From Planctomycetota bacterium (GTDB taxonomy: Bacteria; Planctomycetota; Planctomycetia; Pirellulales; Pirellulaceae): DNA of 64,000 bases. Below the pieces are notes generated by a model. That model was not told the origin of the DNA. It saw nothing but the letters and a program-made list of their open reading frames with translations, and made no database searches. The DNA is taken from assembly GCA_046306195.1 (NCBI GenBank), contig JBKDXO010000126.1:11289-75288 (forward strand), given 5' to 3'. A program made the translations under genes and the position numbers. Of the stretch, positions 29,991-41,244 are shown piece by piece. Numbering within the stretch: the first letter of the stretch is position 1; the number at the start of each line of letters is the position of its first letter.

Positions 29991-30061
29991 CATTGCGTTG
30001 TTCCATTGGATCGCTACGCGAGCACATCCGACTGTCGAGCACCAGATGATACCAGAATTCC

Positions 30062-31099
30062 TTAACCGCCGATCCAACGCGCGTAAATTTTTCTCGCGAC
30101 GTCCGGATTTTCGGTTCCATGGACTATGCCTCTCCCGTCTGGAAAAACGGTGATGCGATAGGAGTCGACAGAATACCGAACCAGGAACGGAGTCTCGATA
30201 ACCTCGCCGGTTTTGCGGAGCCGTTCGGCGAGCAACGCTAGATCGACCCGGCGTCCTTCGGGGGCCTGGATTTGCACGGCATTTTTCCCACACAGCACGC
30301 GAACGTCCGACGCGCTAGCGCCGCTTAGAAACTCAAAACGCCTCGCAACACAGGTAGGGCAATCGAGCGTGCGCTGCAGCGCCAAGTTTCTCACCTCGCC
30401 GGTCCATAACTCAAAAACGGTTAAGGGACTGGTCGCGCTTGAAGCCGCTCCCGTTTCCGGTTGCACTAACCACTTCATACCGAGCAACGCCTGCCAACTG
30501 GCGATCACTCCCACGGCCGGTCCAAGAACTCCAACGCTGTCGCAGGTCTGCAAACTTTCCAAGGGAGGAACTTCGGGAAGCAAACAACGGAAGCAAGCGG
30601 ACCTCCCAGGCGCTACCAACATGGCTTGGCCCGAAGCGCCGATGATCCCAGCATGCACCCACGGGATGCCGAAAGAAACACTGGCATCGTTGACCAGGTA
30701 TCGGGTCTCAAAGTTGTCGGTACCGTCGAAGATCAAATCGACGCCACGGAGCAGACTGTCTGCGTTGCGATGGGTCAGATCGCACACCATTGGCTCAAGA
30801 TGAATCGTTGGATCGATACTGGCCAAATGGTTTGCGGCCGCAACTGCCTTTGGAAGATGGTACTCGGCGTCGTGAAGCGTGTAGAGCGCCTGGCGCGGCA
30901 AATTATCGAGTTCGACCCAGTCACGGTCGATCAAGCGGATCCAGCCGATGCCGCAACGAGCGAGTCGTTCTGCGATGGTAGACCCCAGCGCCCCGAGTCC
31001 GACGATCGCGACTTTGCTACCCGCGAGCCGCTCCTGACCTGGCATGCCGATCGCGGGATATGCGATCTGTCTCCGAAAGCGTTCGAGCGCGACATCCAT
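30062..31099 (-). CDS. ThiF/MoeB family adenylyltransferase
   Basis: VGLGALGS, IDRDWVELDNLPRQ, DGTDNFETRYLVND, CFRC, CDSVGVLGP and CPTC. Confidence 0.9.
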   Translation of the reverse strand: MDVALERFRRQIAYPAIGMPGQERLAGSKVAIVGLGALGSTIAERLARCGIGWIRLIDRDWVELDNLPRQALYTLHDAEYHLPKAVAAANHLASIDPTIHLEPMVCDLTHRNADSLLRGVDLIFDGTDNFETRYLVNDASVSFGIPWVHAGIIGASGQAMLVAPGRSACFRCLLPEVPPLESLQTCDSVGVLGPAVGVIASWQALLGMKWLVQPETGAASSATSPLTVFELWTGEVRNLALQRTLDCPTCVARRFEFLSGASASDVRVLCGKNAVQIQAPEGRRVDLALLAERLRKTGEVIETPFLVRYSVDSYRITVFPDGRGIVHGTENPDVARKIYARWIGG

Positions 31100-31133
31100 G
31101 GGGAGATACTTTCGAGGATGGAGCGGCGCTCGC

Positions 31134-32012
31134 CTAACCGCGACGACGGAGTGCCTCCGACACGGCTTGCCCCATTTCGGCAGGCGAGGGAGCAACAACG
31201 ATCCCTGCCGCTTCCAGGGCCGATACTTTTTCGGCTGCCGTCCCTTTCCCACCGGTGATGATCGCTCCGGCGTGGCCCATCCGTTTTCCTGGCGGAGCGG
31301 TTCGGCCGGCGATGAAGGCTGCGACCGGTTTGGTGACGTGGTTCTTGACGTACTCGGCAGCCTTCTCTTCTGCATCTCCACCGATCTCACCGATCATGAG
31401 AATGACCTCGGTTTGATCATCTTTCTCAAATCGCTCGAAGACATCGATGAAGGAGGTGCCAACGATCGGATCTCCGCCGAGCCCAACGCACGTCGATTGC
31501 CCGAGCTTGAGATTGGAAGTTTGCCAGACCGCTTCGTACGTCAAGGTACCGCTTCGCGACATGATTCCGACCTTGCCAGGTTGGTGGATGTAGCCTGGCA
31601 TAATACCGATCTTGCATTGTCCAGGAGTGATGACCCCTGGGCAGTTTGGTCCGATCAAAACCGACTTGCTCCGTTTGACAACGTCGTAAACATGGACCAT
31701 GTCGATTACCGGGACACCCTCGGTGATCGCGCAGATGACTTCGATGCCTGCGTCGACTGCCTCGAGAATCGCGTCCGCCGTAAACGGCGGTGGAACGAAG
31801 ATCATTGTTGCATTTGCACCGGTTTTCTGGACTGCTTCTTCGACCGTATCGAAGACGGGGAGTCCCTCAACCAATTCCCCGGATTTGCCGGGAGTTACCC
31901 CCCCAACCATCTTGGTGCCGTATTCTTTGCATCCCTTGGTGTGGAACGCTCCGGCTTTCCCCGTGATCCCTTGGCAGATGACCCGGGTGTCGCTGTTGAC
32001 GAAAATGCTCAT
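31134..32012 (-). CDS. sucD: Succinate--CoA ligase subunit alpha
   Basis: [23 protein letters not shown] and GKRMGHAGA (phospho-His). Confidence 0.97.
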   Translation of the reverse strand: MSIFVNSDTRVICQGITGKAGAFHTKGCKEYGTKMVGGVTPGKSGELVEGLPVFDTVEEAVQKTGANATMIFVPPPFTADAILEAVDAGIEVICAITEGVPVIDMVHVYDVVKRSKSVLIGPNCPGVITPGQCKIGIMPGYIHQPGKVGIMSRSGTLTYEAVWQTSNLKLGQSTCVGLGGDPIVGTSFIDVFERFEKDDQTEVILMIGEIGGDAEEKAAEYVKNHVTKPVAAFIAGRTAPPGKRMGHAGAIITGGKGTAAEKVSALEAAGIVVAPSPAEMGQAVSEALRRRG

Positions 32013-32044
32013 GGAATAGCTACTCGAATGGAGTGATGGTGAGA

Positions 32045-33229
32045 TCAAGCGATGGACGCGACCACTTTTTTGGCCGCATCGGTCAGGTCGTCGGCGGAGA
32101 TGATGGCCAGCCCGCTTTCGCGGAGCATCCTCTTCCCTTCTTCGACTTCGGTTCCCTCGAGGCGAACGACCAAGGGGACTTCGAAGCCAACTTCCTTGGA
32201 TGCATCGATGATGGCCTGTGCAATTGTGGTGCAGCGAGCGATCCCGCCGAAAATATTGACGAGAATCGCCTTCACATTGGGATCGGCCAAGATGATACGA
32301 AACGCCTCAGTCACTTGCTGCGTATTCGCACCACCCCCGACATCGAGGAAATTTGCTGGGGCCCCGCCGTGGTACTTGATGATGTCCATCGTGGCCATCG
32401 CAAGTCCCGCTCCGTTGACCAGGCAGCCGATGTTCCCGTCGAGTTTCACAAAACTCAAGCCGCTGTCTGCTGCGCGGAGTTCCGCGGGCTCTTCTTCATG
32501 AATGTCTCGCAGTTCCTTGAGATCCGGATGACGGAACATAGCGTTGTCGTCAAAAGTGATCTTGGCATCGAGGGCGATCATCTGATTGTCTTCCGTGATC
32601 ACCAACGGATTGATCTCGGCCATCGAACAGTCGAGCCGAACAAACAACTCGCACAGTTTCCGCATGAAGAAATCTGCACTCTTGGCCGCGCTCCCTTGAA
32701 TGTTTAACTTCTTGCACAGCTTTCGAACCTGGAACGGCATCAGTCCATGGCTAGGGTCGAAGTGTTCGCGGAGGATTTTCTCCGGCGTCTCGGCCGCGAC
32801 CTTTTCGATTTCAACACCACCTTCGCTGCTGACCATCAGCAGCGGCAGCTTGGACGCTCGATCGACCACAACCGCCAAATACAACTCGCGTGCGATCTTG
32901 CACCCTTGTTCGAGGTAGACCTGGTTGACTTGCGAACCGGCAGCCCCGGTCTGCACCGTGACCAGCCGATTGCCGATCATGTTTTTCGCAGCGGCGACCG
33001 CCTCGTCCGCGCTGCGGACCAGCTGCACCCCACGCTGGGCGGGAACCTCGACAAAGGTTCCTTTGCCTCGGCCTCCGGCATGCAACTGGGCTTTGATCAC
33101 CGCGAGTTCGCCCCCCAATTTTCGATAGGCATCGCCAGCCTCGTCGGCGGTTCGAGCCACAAAGCCCTGTAGAATCGGCACTTGGAAGGAGCGAAACAGC
33201 TCCTTCGCTTGATATTCATGTATTTTCAT
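32045..33229 (-). CDS. sucC: Succinate--CoA ligase subunit beta
   Basis: [34 protein letters not shown] and ANFLDVGGG. Confidence 0.97.
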   Translation of the reverse strand: MKIHEYQAKELFRSFQVPILQGFVARTADEAGDAYRKLGGELAVIKAQLHAGGRGKGTFVEVPAQRGVQLVRSADEAVAAAKNMIGNRLVTVQTGAAGSQVNQVYLEQGCKIARELYLAVVVDRASKLPLLMVSSEGGVEIEKVAAETPEKILREHFDPSHGLMPFQVRKLCKKLNIQGSAAKSADFFMRKLCELFVRLDCSMAEINPLVITEDNQMIALDAKITFDDNAMFRHPDLKELRDIHEEEPAELRAADSGLSFVKLDGNIGCLVNGAGLAMATMDIIKYHGGAPANFLDVGGGANTQQVTEAFRIILADPNVKAILVNIFGGIARCTTIAQAIIDASKEVGFEVPLVVRLEGTEVEEGKRMLRESGLAIISADDLTDAAKKVVASIA

Positions 33230-33516
33230 CGCGTCGCCCAAGGTCCTCCAAGAAAGCCATCGCCCCGAATGGACGCGGATTATCGGAGGCATGGGAAACA
33301 TGGTCAAGCCGTCCGCGTTCCTACCTCACGTGCATTCCAATGCTTTTCCAGTGAAAGGTTGCTTCTCTCCGAATATCTGGATTTCCCGTACCAGAATCGC
33401 GATCGCCATGATCCATTCGGAAGATCCCTTCGTGAGATGACCGCCCTCGACTATAATTCGATCGTTAAACACGCCTGCCTGCCCCCCATTTCCGTCCCCC
33501 ATAGGTCAAGAAACTT

Positions 33517-35172
33517 ATGCGTACTCACCTCACCTCCGCATCGCTCGCAACAATTCTCGGGATCCTGATCAACTCTCCCGGCTTGGGGCAAACATACGAT
33601 GCGACTGCAGTGGCAAATCAGGGGATCAGCAAACTGAAGGTCAAGCCGACCGACTGGCCGCAGTGGGGTGGATCCCCGGAACGAAACAACGTTCCCGAAA
33701 CAGGTCCGATGCCAACAGCCTTCGACGTCAAATCCGGCAAGAACATTCGATGGTCGGCTCCGCTCGGATCAGAAACCTACGGCAATCCAGTCGTCGCGAA
33801 CGGCAAGGTCTATGTTGGGACCAACAACGGAAACGCCTATGTCGCGAGGTACCCCGCCACCGTCGACCTCGGCTGCTTGATCTGTTTTGACGAAGAGACC
33901 GGGAAATTCCTCTGGCAACACAGCAGCGAGAAACTACCGACCGGTCGCGTTCACGATTGGCCAAACCAGGGCATCTGCTGCGCTCCACTGGTCGATGGCG
34001 ACCGCGTTTGGTACGTAACCAGCCGCGGCGAGGTCGCATGTGTCGACGCCGAAGGTTTCCTCGATGGAGAGAATGACGGTCCGTTCACCAAGGAGCCGAA
34101 CGAGAACAAAGACGAAGCCGATGTCGTTTGGAAAGTCGACATGATGGCCCAACTGGGCGTATCGCAGCACAACATGTGCAGCTGCTCGGTAACTTGTGCG
34201 GGGGACCTTCTGTTCGTGAACACCTCCAATGGCGTTGACGACGGCCACATCACGGTCCCCGAAGAGAAAGCCCCCAGCTTTATCTGCCTCAACCGTTTCA
34301 CCGGAGAAGTTCTCTGGACCGATAACACGCCTGGCGCGAACATTCTGCATGGACAATGGTCGTCCCCGGCCTATGGGGTCCTCAACGGGGTCGAACAGGT
34401 GATCTTTGGCGGAGGCGACGGATGGCTGTACAGCTTTGACGCGCGTGGGGATGCCGGCAAAGCCAAGATGCTTTGGAAGTTTGACTGCAATCCCAAAGAT
34501 TCCGTCTACAAGCTCTACGGGGCAACCCGCAACCACATCATCGCAACCCCAGTCATCTACGACGGACTGATCTACGTCGCCGTCGGCGAAGACCCTGAGC
34601 ACGGCGAAGGAGGTGGGCACCTGTGGTGCATCAGCCCGGACAAGCAAGGGGATATCAGCCCGACCCTCGTGTACAACTCGAAGGATCCCACGAAAGTTAT
34701 TCCGCCCAAGCGGAAGCAAGCGTTGGTCGCCGCCGAAGGGGATCTCGAGCGGGACAACCCCAACTCCGCGGCCGTCTGGCACTACATCGGGAACGACCCC
34801 AACGACTTCGAACAAACCATGCACCGCACCTGCGGAACGGTCGCCATCAAGAACGATCTCCTGTTCATTGCCGACTTCTCCGGCGTAGTTCATTGCCTCG
34901 ATGTGAAGACTGGCAAATCGCACTGGACTCACGACATGCTCGCAGCATCGTGGGCTTCCCCCCTGATCGCTGACGGCAAGGTCTACATCGGGGACGAAGA
35001 TGGCGACATCTCGATCTTCGAGTTGTCCGCGGACAAGAACCTCATCGCGGAGATCAATGTTGGGTCAGCTGTCTACACGACGCCGATCACCGCAAACGGC
35101 CGTATCTACATCGCCAACCGAAACCGCCTCTTCTGCATCGAAGAAGGAAAGACCTCCGAGGGAGTGGATTGA
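33517..35172 (+). CDS. Secreted PQQ-binding-like (BamB-like) beta-propeller protein
   Basis: Signal-peptide-like N-terminus, DWPQWGG and repeated CxD..TG...W blade motifs. Confidence 0.85.
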   Translation: MRTHLTSASLATILGILINSPGLGQTYDATAVANQGISKLKVKPTDWPQWGGSPERNNVPETGPMPTAFDVKSGKNIRWSAPLGSETYGNPVVANGKVYVGTNNGNAYVARYPATVDLGCLICFDEETGKFLWQHSSEKLPTGRVHDWPNQGICCAPLVDGDRVWYVTSRGEVACVDAEGFLDGENDGPFTKEPNENKDEADVVWKVDMMAQLGVSQHNMCSCSVTCAGDLLFVNTSNGVDDGHITVPEEKAPSFICLNRFTGEVLWTDNTPGANILHGQWSSPAYGVLNGVEQVIFGGGDGWLYSFDARGDAGKAKMLWKFDCNPKDSVYKLYGATRNHIIATPVIYDGLIYVAVGEDPEHGEGGGHLWCISPDKQGDISPTLVYNSKDPTKVIPPKRKQALVAAEGDLERDNPNSAAVWHYIGNDPNDFEQTMHRTCGTVAIKNDLLFIADFSGVVHCLDVKTGKSHWTHDMLAASWASPLIADGKVYIGDEDGDISIFELSADKNLIAEINVGSAVYTTPITANGRIYIANRNRLFCIEEGKTSEGVD

Positions 35173-35184
35173 CACCTCCTTTGA

Positions 35185-35720
35185 GGCAGAGCGGGACGCG
35201 TCGTCATCACCGGACGCGCCGACTTGATCCGAGAGATTTTCGGGAATGATCCCGCCAATTACGATCCGTTCGCAACCGGTGCGCTGGTGCCGATCCTCGG
35301 CGAGGGCTCCATGCTCACGATGGGTGGAGAAACGCATCGGCGGGAACGCAAACTGGTCATGCCCATGTTTCACGGCGATCGTATGCGTGCCTACGGTTCC
35401 GCGATGCAAGAGGTCGCGCTCGAGAAAGTGAATCAATACCTCGACCGCGGTCTACCCCGACCCGGATGCATTCCGTCCCGAACGATTCCTCGAACGGAAC
35501 TATTCGCCGTTTGAATACCTGCCGTTCAGCGGAGGACACCGGCGGTGCATCGGCGCTGCGTTTGCCGCTTACGAGATGGCGCGCTTACGAGATGGCGATT
35601 GTCCTCGGGACGCTCCTCAGCGAGCACCGATGGGACCTGGTGAATGCCGAACCGGTCGTCCCCAAACGCCGCAATCTGACGATGGGCCCATCGTCCATCG
35701 TTGCAATTCGCAAAGTGTAG
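35185..35720 (+). pseudogene. Cytochrome P450 remnant (5'-truncated, large internal deletion, two frameshifts)
   Basis: Fragment 1: GETHRRERKLVMPMFHG. After a junction near 35450 a new frame reads [12 protein letters not shown]...[14 protein letters not shown] 16-bp duplication then shifts to [11 protein letters not shown]...GP*. Confidence 0.85.
35566..35597. repeat. Perfect 16-bp tandem duplication inside the P450 remnant
   Basis: cgcttacgagatggcg occurs twice, head to tail. Confidence 0.9.
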
Positions 35721-35939
35721 CATCGGCTACAATCGACTCGTTTTTTTAGATCGTAGGATTACGAGACCCATCCCATCTCGGTTTGCGAGATGCCGAGGGC
35801 GAACAACGGGAGCTATTCCCCGTACCTACCCAACCCGAACTCTCGATTTCCTGTTCGTCTTTGCTACAATCCGCCGGAGTCTCACGGAGCGACGACTTCC
35901 CGTCCGACCAACTTCACTCTCATTGAATTTTGCCTGGAT

Positions 35940-37190
35940 ATGCTGCCACTAGCACGGTTCTCGTTTGGGGTCGGCGACCGTTTCGGTCACCAAGCTGCGG
36001 CGCAACTTCAAGCGTTTCAGCAACTGGAACAAGATGGATGCCTTGTGATTCCGGTTTGGAACAAGTCGAATCGCGAACACACCTTCATCGGGTCAGAACC
36101 GTCAAACGTGCGTATCGCTGCCGAGCAGGCTGTTCACCAGTGTGGCTGGAATCATGCTTGGCACGTTGACGCGGACCACATCCGTTTGGAGACCGTCGAC
36201 AGGTTTATCGAGCCGAGCGATTTTTTTACGATCGATGTGGCCGATTCGATTGGAACTCCGGCGACGGATGCCGATTTGGAGTCTTTTGTCGCGCGTCACC
36301 CAGAACTGCACTCGCACGTGGCATTGCCTGGGATTGCAAATCCTCTCCCGTTGTCCAAAGACATTCTGCGTTCAATCGCCCGCAACTACCTGCGCGCCGT
36401 CAAGGAGGCGGGGCAAATCTTTCGCCACATCCAATCCCGCAAAGGGGCGGACGGCTTCATCGCGGAAGTCTCCATGGACGAAACCGACCAGCCGCAAACG
36501 CCCCAGGATCTGCTTGTGATCTTGGTCGCGATGGCGGACGAGGGGCTCGCGCTCCAAACCATTGCGCCCAAGTTCACTGGTCGGTTCAATAAGGGTGTTG
36601 ATTACGTCGGTGATTTGGAGCAGTTCGAACGGGAATTCCTCGACGATCTATCGGTGATTGAGCACGCGATCCAAGCGTACGGTTTGCCTTCGAACCTCAA
36701 GCTAAGTGTTCACAGTGGCAGCGACAAGTTTTCGCTCTATCCGATCATTCGCCGCGCGATCGCCGCACGCGGCGCTGGGTTGCATATCAAGACCGCAGGA
36801 ACCACTTGGCTCGAGGAATTGATCGGCCTGGCCGAATCAGGACCAGAGGGAGCGGACTTCGTCCGCGAGATTTATCTTGCGGCCCGGGAAAAAATGGATG
36901 TGCTGACCGCTCCGTACGCAACGGTAATCGACATCGCGCCCTCGCAGCTACCGACCCCCAACGCGGTATCCCATTGGGAAGGAAGCGATTGGGTCGGGGC
37001 CCTGAGGCACGACCGACATCATTCCGGATTCAATCCGAGTCTCAGGCAATTGCTCCATGTCTCCTTCAAGCTAGCGGCGCTGGCTGGCCCTCGCTACATG
37101 TCGCTTCTCGAGGCGCACGCGGATGTGATCGCTCGGAATGTAAAAGAGAATCTCTTCGAGCGGCACATGAAGCCGCTGTTCTTGGGATAG
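35940..37190 (+). CDS. uxaE: Tagaturonate/fructuronate epimerase (UxaE family)
   Basis: SFGVGDRFG, PVWNKSNREH, HVDADHI, EVSMDET, KLSVHSGSDKFSLY and HIKTAGTTWLEE. Confidence 0.85.
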   Translation: MLPLARFSFGVGDRFGHQAAAQLQAFQQLEQDGCLVIPVWNKSNREHTFIGSEPSNVRIAAEQAVHQCGWNHAWHVDADHIRLETVDRFIEPSDFFTIDVADSIGTPATDADLESFVARHPELHSHVALPGIANPLPLSKDILRSIARNYLRAVKEAGQIFRHIQSRKGADGFIAEVSMDETDQPQTPQDLLVILVAMADEGLALQTIAPKFTGRFNKGVDYVGDLEQFEREFLDDLSVIEHAIQAYGLPSNLKLSVHSGSDKFSLYPIIRRAIAARGAGLHIKTAGTTWLEELIGLAESGPEGADFVREIYLAAREKMDVLTAPYATVIDIAPSQLPTPNAVSHWEGSDWVGALRHDRHHSGFNPSLRQLLHVSFKLAALAGPRYMSLLEAHADVIARNVKENLFERHMKPLFLG

Positions 37191-37224
37191 AAGCGAACAG
37201 GACACGAGCCGCCTCAAACCACGA

Positions 37225-38730
37225 TCACACGTGCGGCAAGGCGTTGTTTGCCAATCGTTCCGCGGCTGCTGTCCAAGATTCTGGGTTCTGCGGTTCAAAG
37301 ACCTCGAGCACGCTCGAGGCACGCATCCATTTGCGGACCGAGGGGATCGACTCGAAACGCTGCATGCCTAGGAACTGCGATATAACATTGCCCAGTGCGG
37401 TTGCCTCGACCGGCCCGGCAATTACACGACGATTGCAAGCATCAGCGGTCATCTGGCAGAGCAATTGATTCTTGACTCCACCACCGACGACGTGAATGGT
37501 TTCCAAGGGGTAACCGAGGAGATCCTCGAGCCACTGCAGGCAGACTCGGTATCGGAGGGCGAGGCATTCGAGGGTCGCCCGGGCAACAGCTCCGTCGCTA
37601 TCAGGCATTCGCTGGCCGGTTTTGTTCATGTAGTCTAGGATCGCATCGAGCATATCGTCCGGTGCTACGAACATAGGATGCTCCAAATCGATCCAATGCT
37701 GCAGCGGCTTGGCTTCGGCGGCGAGCGTAGTGAGAGTCGTCCAATCATACGGTTTGCCGCGACGTTGCCACGACGCGCGGCACTGTTGGAACGGCCAAAG
37801 CCCCGCGATGTTCTTCAGCAGTCGCACACTTCCCTGCGCTCCCCCTTCGTTGGTAAAGTTGTAACGCTGCGCTTTTTCATTGAGGATCGGTCGATCCAGT
37901 TCCACTCCCATCAGCGACCACGTACCGCTGCTGATGTAGCACCAATTCGGTTTGCTCAGGGAGAATCCTTCGGCAGGGACCGCTAGGACAGCGGCTCCGG
38001 TGTCGTGGGTCGCCGGAACCACCACCCGAGTTCGCTCGTCCAGGCCGGTGCGCGTCCGAACCAGGCCGCGAACGCTCCCCAAATCAGTCCCCGGTTGGAC
38101 CGGCTCCGAAAAGAGTTTTCTGGGAATCTCGAGGGCGTCTAGGATGCGAGTGGACCAACCGCCTGCTCCAGGGCGTAGCAATTGCGTCGTGCTCGCGTTG
38201 GTGAATTCATTCACCATGCTCCCCGTCAGCAACCAATGGAAGAAATCGGGGATCATCAGGAATCGCTCGGCGATATCGAGCAGCGGCGACGATTCTTCAC
38301 GCATGGCAAAGAGTTGGTATGCCGTGTTGATTTCCATGAACTGGATTCCCGTCTCGGCGAAGATCTCAGAGCGTGAAATGCGATCGAAGGCTCGCTGCAA
38401 CTTGCCTCGCGTTCGGGGATCCCGATAACAGAAAGCAGGGCCAACCAAATCCTCATTGCGATCGAGCAGTACGTAGTCCACCCCCCAGGTATCGACCCCA
38501 ATGCTCGCGATCCGGTTGGGATATTGCTCTGCCGCTATGGTCAGCCCCCGCTCGATGTGTTGCCAGAGTTGGAGCAGGTTCCAATGCAAACGCCGACCGA
38601 TCGGTATCGGCGAGTTCTCGAATCGATGCACATCGTGCAGTTGGATTTGGTCCCCGCGCAATTCGGCGGCGATCACACGGCCACTCGATGCGCCCAAGTC
38701 GATTGCGAGGGCAATATCTTGATGATCCAT
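37225..38730 (-). CDS. rhaB: Rhamnulokinase family (FGGY) kinase
   Basis: AIDLGASSGRV, DTWGVDY, PATHDTGAAV, ISSGTWSLMG, RLLKNIAGLW and GPVEATALGN. Confidence 0.88.
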   Translation of the reverse strand: MDHQDIALAIDLGASSGRVIAAELRGDQIQLHDVHRFENSPIPIGRRLHWNLLQLWQHIERGLTIAAEQYPNRIASIGVDTWGVDYVLLDRNEDLVGPAFCYRDPRTRGKLQRAFDRISRSEIFAETGIQFMEINTAYQLFAMREESSPLLDIAERFLMIPDFFHWLLTGSMVNEFTNASTTQLLRPGAGGWSTRILDALEIPRKLFSEPVQPGTDLGSVRGLVRTRTGLDERTRVVVPATHDTGAAVLAVPAEGFSLSKPNWCYISSGTWSLMGVELDRPILNEKAQRYNFTNEGGAQGSVRLLKNIAGLWPFQQCRASWQRRGKPYDWTTLTTLAAEAKPLQHWIDLEHPMFVAPDDMLDAILDYMNKTGQRMPDSDGAVARATLECLALRYRVCLQWLEDLLGYPLETIHVVGGGVKNQLLCQMTADACNRRVIAGPVEATALGNVISQFLGMQRFESIPSVRKWMRASSVLEVFEPQNPESWTAAAERLANNALPHV

Positions 38731-38769
38731 TGTTTTCTTGCGGTTAAAAAGGTCAGGGGGATCGGTCTC

Positions 38770-41244
38770 TTAGCGGTGCCTCGGGTTCGATCCTCGAGTA
38801 GCTTGGGACCGAACGGCCGCCTCGAGCTGCGCGATGGCTTCACGAATCCGAGCGTTTTGCTCCGGGCTTTCACTTTGGCTAGTTCCGAATCTTCGCGAAT
38901 AGAAGGGATCGGAAAGATCGCGATCATCGATCGCAATACCGGCCAATCGAAGCTGGCTTGCCGATGCATTCAGGAACTCTCGCGGTGTTTGGTGAGGCTG
39001 TCGTTGAAATCCTAGTTTTTGAAGAAGCTTGGCCGCTCGCTCATAGAAATCGACTCGAGATTTCGCATAGAGCAATTGCCTTTTTCTTCGTGTCGCATCG
39101 GACCAGCCGCCTCCGAATGCCCAGGACAGTCCACGCCATCCCGCGATCGACAAAACGCCGATGAGGAAAACAGCGATCGCAATGCGAGCAGAGAACCAAC
39201 GATCGGGGGAGAGGAAACCTGCGATAAAGCGACTGGACTGCAACTGGGCAAAGAACGACTGGATCTGTTGCCAAAACGTCGCGTAGGGACCACTGCTCGA
39301 CTCGGCGAACAGGGAAAACATCGAACCCTGTTTGCTCTTGTCCATATTCATAACCATTTCGGTCCAAAAATCCTGCACGGCATCGAAGGTCTGCATGTTC
39401 GAGACACGAAACCCTGTTCCTGCGTTGGAGCCATCGACCGCGGGAGTTGGATCCAAACGAAGCCAAATCCCTTTGGTTGCCCACTTTGGGAAAGCAGCAT
39501 TGTTTCTCTCGATGTATCCACTCTGCTCAATCTCTTGGAGGGTGAAATAAGCTTCGACCCAAACATGAGCATGGTTCTGCAACACCTGAAAATAACTTCC
39601 GTAGTCGTTGTATTCGCTCGGTCGGAAGCCGACGACCAACCGAGTCGGGGTTCCATTGGCTCGCAATAGCAGGGCAAGGGCGCTAGCAAAGAACTGGCAA
39701 TGCCCGCTCTTCTTATTGATTAGGAAGTCAGCGATCGGATCAAGGGATCGATCTACCGGCCCCGTCAACGACAGGGAGTACTTGAACTCACCGCTATTGG
39801 CGAGGAAGCGTTCGAGATAAAGCGCCTTTTCGATTTTTGTGTTGAACGGCCTGCCAGCAAGTGAAAACATCCGGTCCATTTCCGGAATCGTAACATCGAG
39901 CGACCGCGGGAATCGAGTTGCTTCCCCAAGGTACTGCGAACCTGTTTCGCTCAATTTCCGATCCAGTGAATCCGAGAACTCGATCAGGAGCGGCGAGTCC
40001 TGTCCCGCGCGGAAAGCATAAGTCAAGAAAGAGTAGGACCGCTTTTGAGCGGTTTGCATCGTGGCAGTTTCCCTGGGGTCAACAATACGCCAGTCGTCTC
40101 GCACCACTCGAAAAGGGGATTTACCCTCGTTTGCTAAGGGAGGTATCGCAGAAACAACCTCGCCAAACGATTCTTTCTCTGTGATTTGCACAATCACCTT
40201 GTCCCGTGTCGACACGATCTCCGATTTCAGATCGAGCGGCGAGGGAATGTCGGTGAATGCTCCCATGTTCGGGTAGCCCATCGGGAAGTCCGCCGGTTCC
40301 CAGAAACCATGAAGCGGTCCGTCAACGTAACGAAACACGGTGGTAGCTCGGACATAGGGCGGCTGATTGGGCCGGTAGGCGCGGCCATCCGAGGCGTTTC
40401 GGAAAGCTAGACGAAACGCTGGCGCATCGTTTTGCAGTAACTGACCCATGTATTGCAGAGATATCTGCTCGTTGAACCCAATCTTGTTTCCGGCCCAACC
40501 GTAGCGATCTCCGTCAAAAGTATCGCTATGCAATCTCGGCAGGACGTAGAAATAGGAAACCGAAAAAAATAGCGTCGCCAAGGTGGTCGGCAGAATGCCA
40601 TTTCGCCACCGCAACCGTGTCGCATTTGCGCCCGCCACTTGGCTCCCAGGATTGACGACTGTCGCCAAGGTAAGGCCCGAACTGCGGTTCGTGATCGATT
40701 GCTCCTTGCCCAACCAATGAAGCAGCCTCGCCCAAAGTCCAGTCGATTCGGAAATCGATTCGTTATGGCGGAGGATCGAGGAGAATTGGGCTAGCCCCAT
40801 CAAGGCGGCGCATCCAATCGCAAGAGCTGGCAACAGTAGGAATGCGTACAGCACGTTGTCATTGACCAACGCAGCGACCACCAATTCCAGCAATAAAAAA
40901 ACTCCCCATTGCTCGAAGACCTGTTTCGATTTCTTCTGAAACATCAAGGGCAACTGAACGTAAACCAACAAATTGCCAACCGACAGCAAGCGATTCTCGT
41001 CGACGTTGCTGAGAAATCCGTAGATCGCAACGCACGCTCCAGCGATCATCGCGATGTACACCAAGACCCGATGCAGAAAAAACCATCCGAGGATGTCGGT
41101 GTAAATAATCGAAAGGAACGAACAAACACCGACCAGGAGCGGCAGGTTCCAGGAGCCCTGGCCTAAACCAATCAAGCCTGCAGCGATGGTCGCAAACAAA
41201 CCGAAAAACGTCGTCAGTCGGCGAAAACTGATCTGTTGATTCAT
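38770..41244 (-). CDS. TgpA-type membrane transglutaminase-like protein (DUF3488 + TGase + DUF4129-like)
   Basis: About 6 N-terminal TM segments, GHCQFFASALALLLR, HAHVWVEAY and WLRLDPTP. Confidence 0.88.
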   Translation of the reverse strand: MNQQISFRRLTTFFGLFATIAAGLIGLGQGSWNLPLLVGVCSFLSIIYTDILGWFFLHRVLVYIAMIAGACVAIYGFLSNVDENRLLSVGNLLVYVQLPLMFQKKSKQVFEQWGVFLLLELVVAALVNDNVLYAFLLLPALAIGCAALMGLAQFSSILRHNESISESTGLWARLLHWLGKEQSITNRSSGLTLATVVNPGSQVAGANATRLRWRNGILPTTLATLFFSVSYFYVLPRLHSDTFDGDRYGWAGNKIGFNEQISLQYMGQLLQNDAPAFRLAFRNASDGRAYRPNQPPYVRATTVFRYVDGPLHGFWEPADFPMGYPNMGAFTDIPSPLDLKSEIVSTRDKVIVQITEKESFGEVVSAIPPLANEGKSPFRVVRDDWRIVDPRETATMQTAQKRSYSFLTYAFRAGQDSPLLIEFSDSLDRKLSETGSQYLGEATRFPRSLDVTIPEMDRMFSLAGRPFNTKIEKALYLERFLANSGEFKYSLSLTGPVDRSLDPIADFLINKKSGHCQFFASALALLLRANGTPTRLVVGFRPSEYNDYGSYFQVLQNHAHVWVEAYFTLQEIEQSGYIERNNAAFPKWATKGIWLRLDPTPAVDGSNAGTGFRVSNMQTFDAVQDFWTEMVMNMDKSKQGSMFSLFAESSSGPYATFWQQIQSFFAQLQSSRFIAGFLSPDRWFSARIAIAVFLIGVLSIAGWRGLSWAFGGGWSDATRRKRQLLYAKSRVDFYERAAKLLQKLGFQRQPHQTPREFLNASASQLRLAGIAIDDRDLSDPFYSRRFGTSQSESPEQNARIREAIAQLEAAVRSQATRGSNPRHR

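Noticed and set aside
33440-33460. TATAAT -10 box upstream of the beta-propeller gene
   Set aside because: No convincing -35 at 16-18 bp, so it is too weak to call a promoter from sequence alone.
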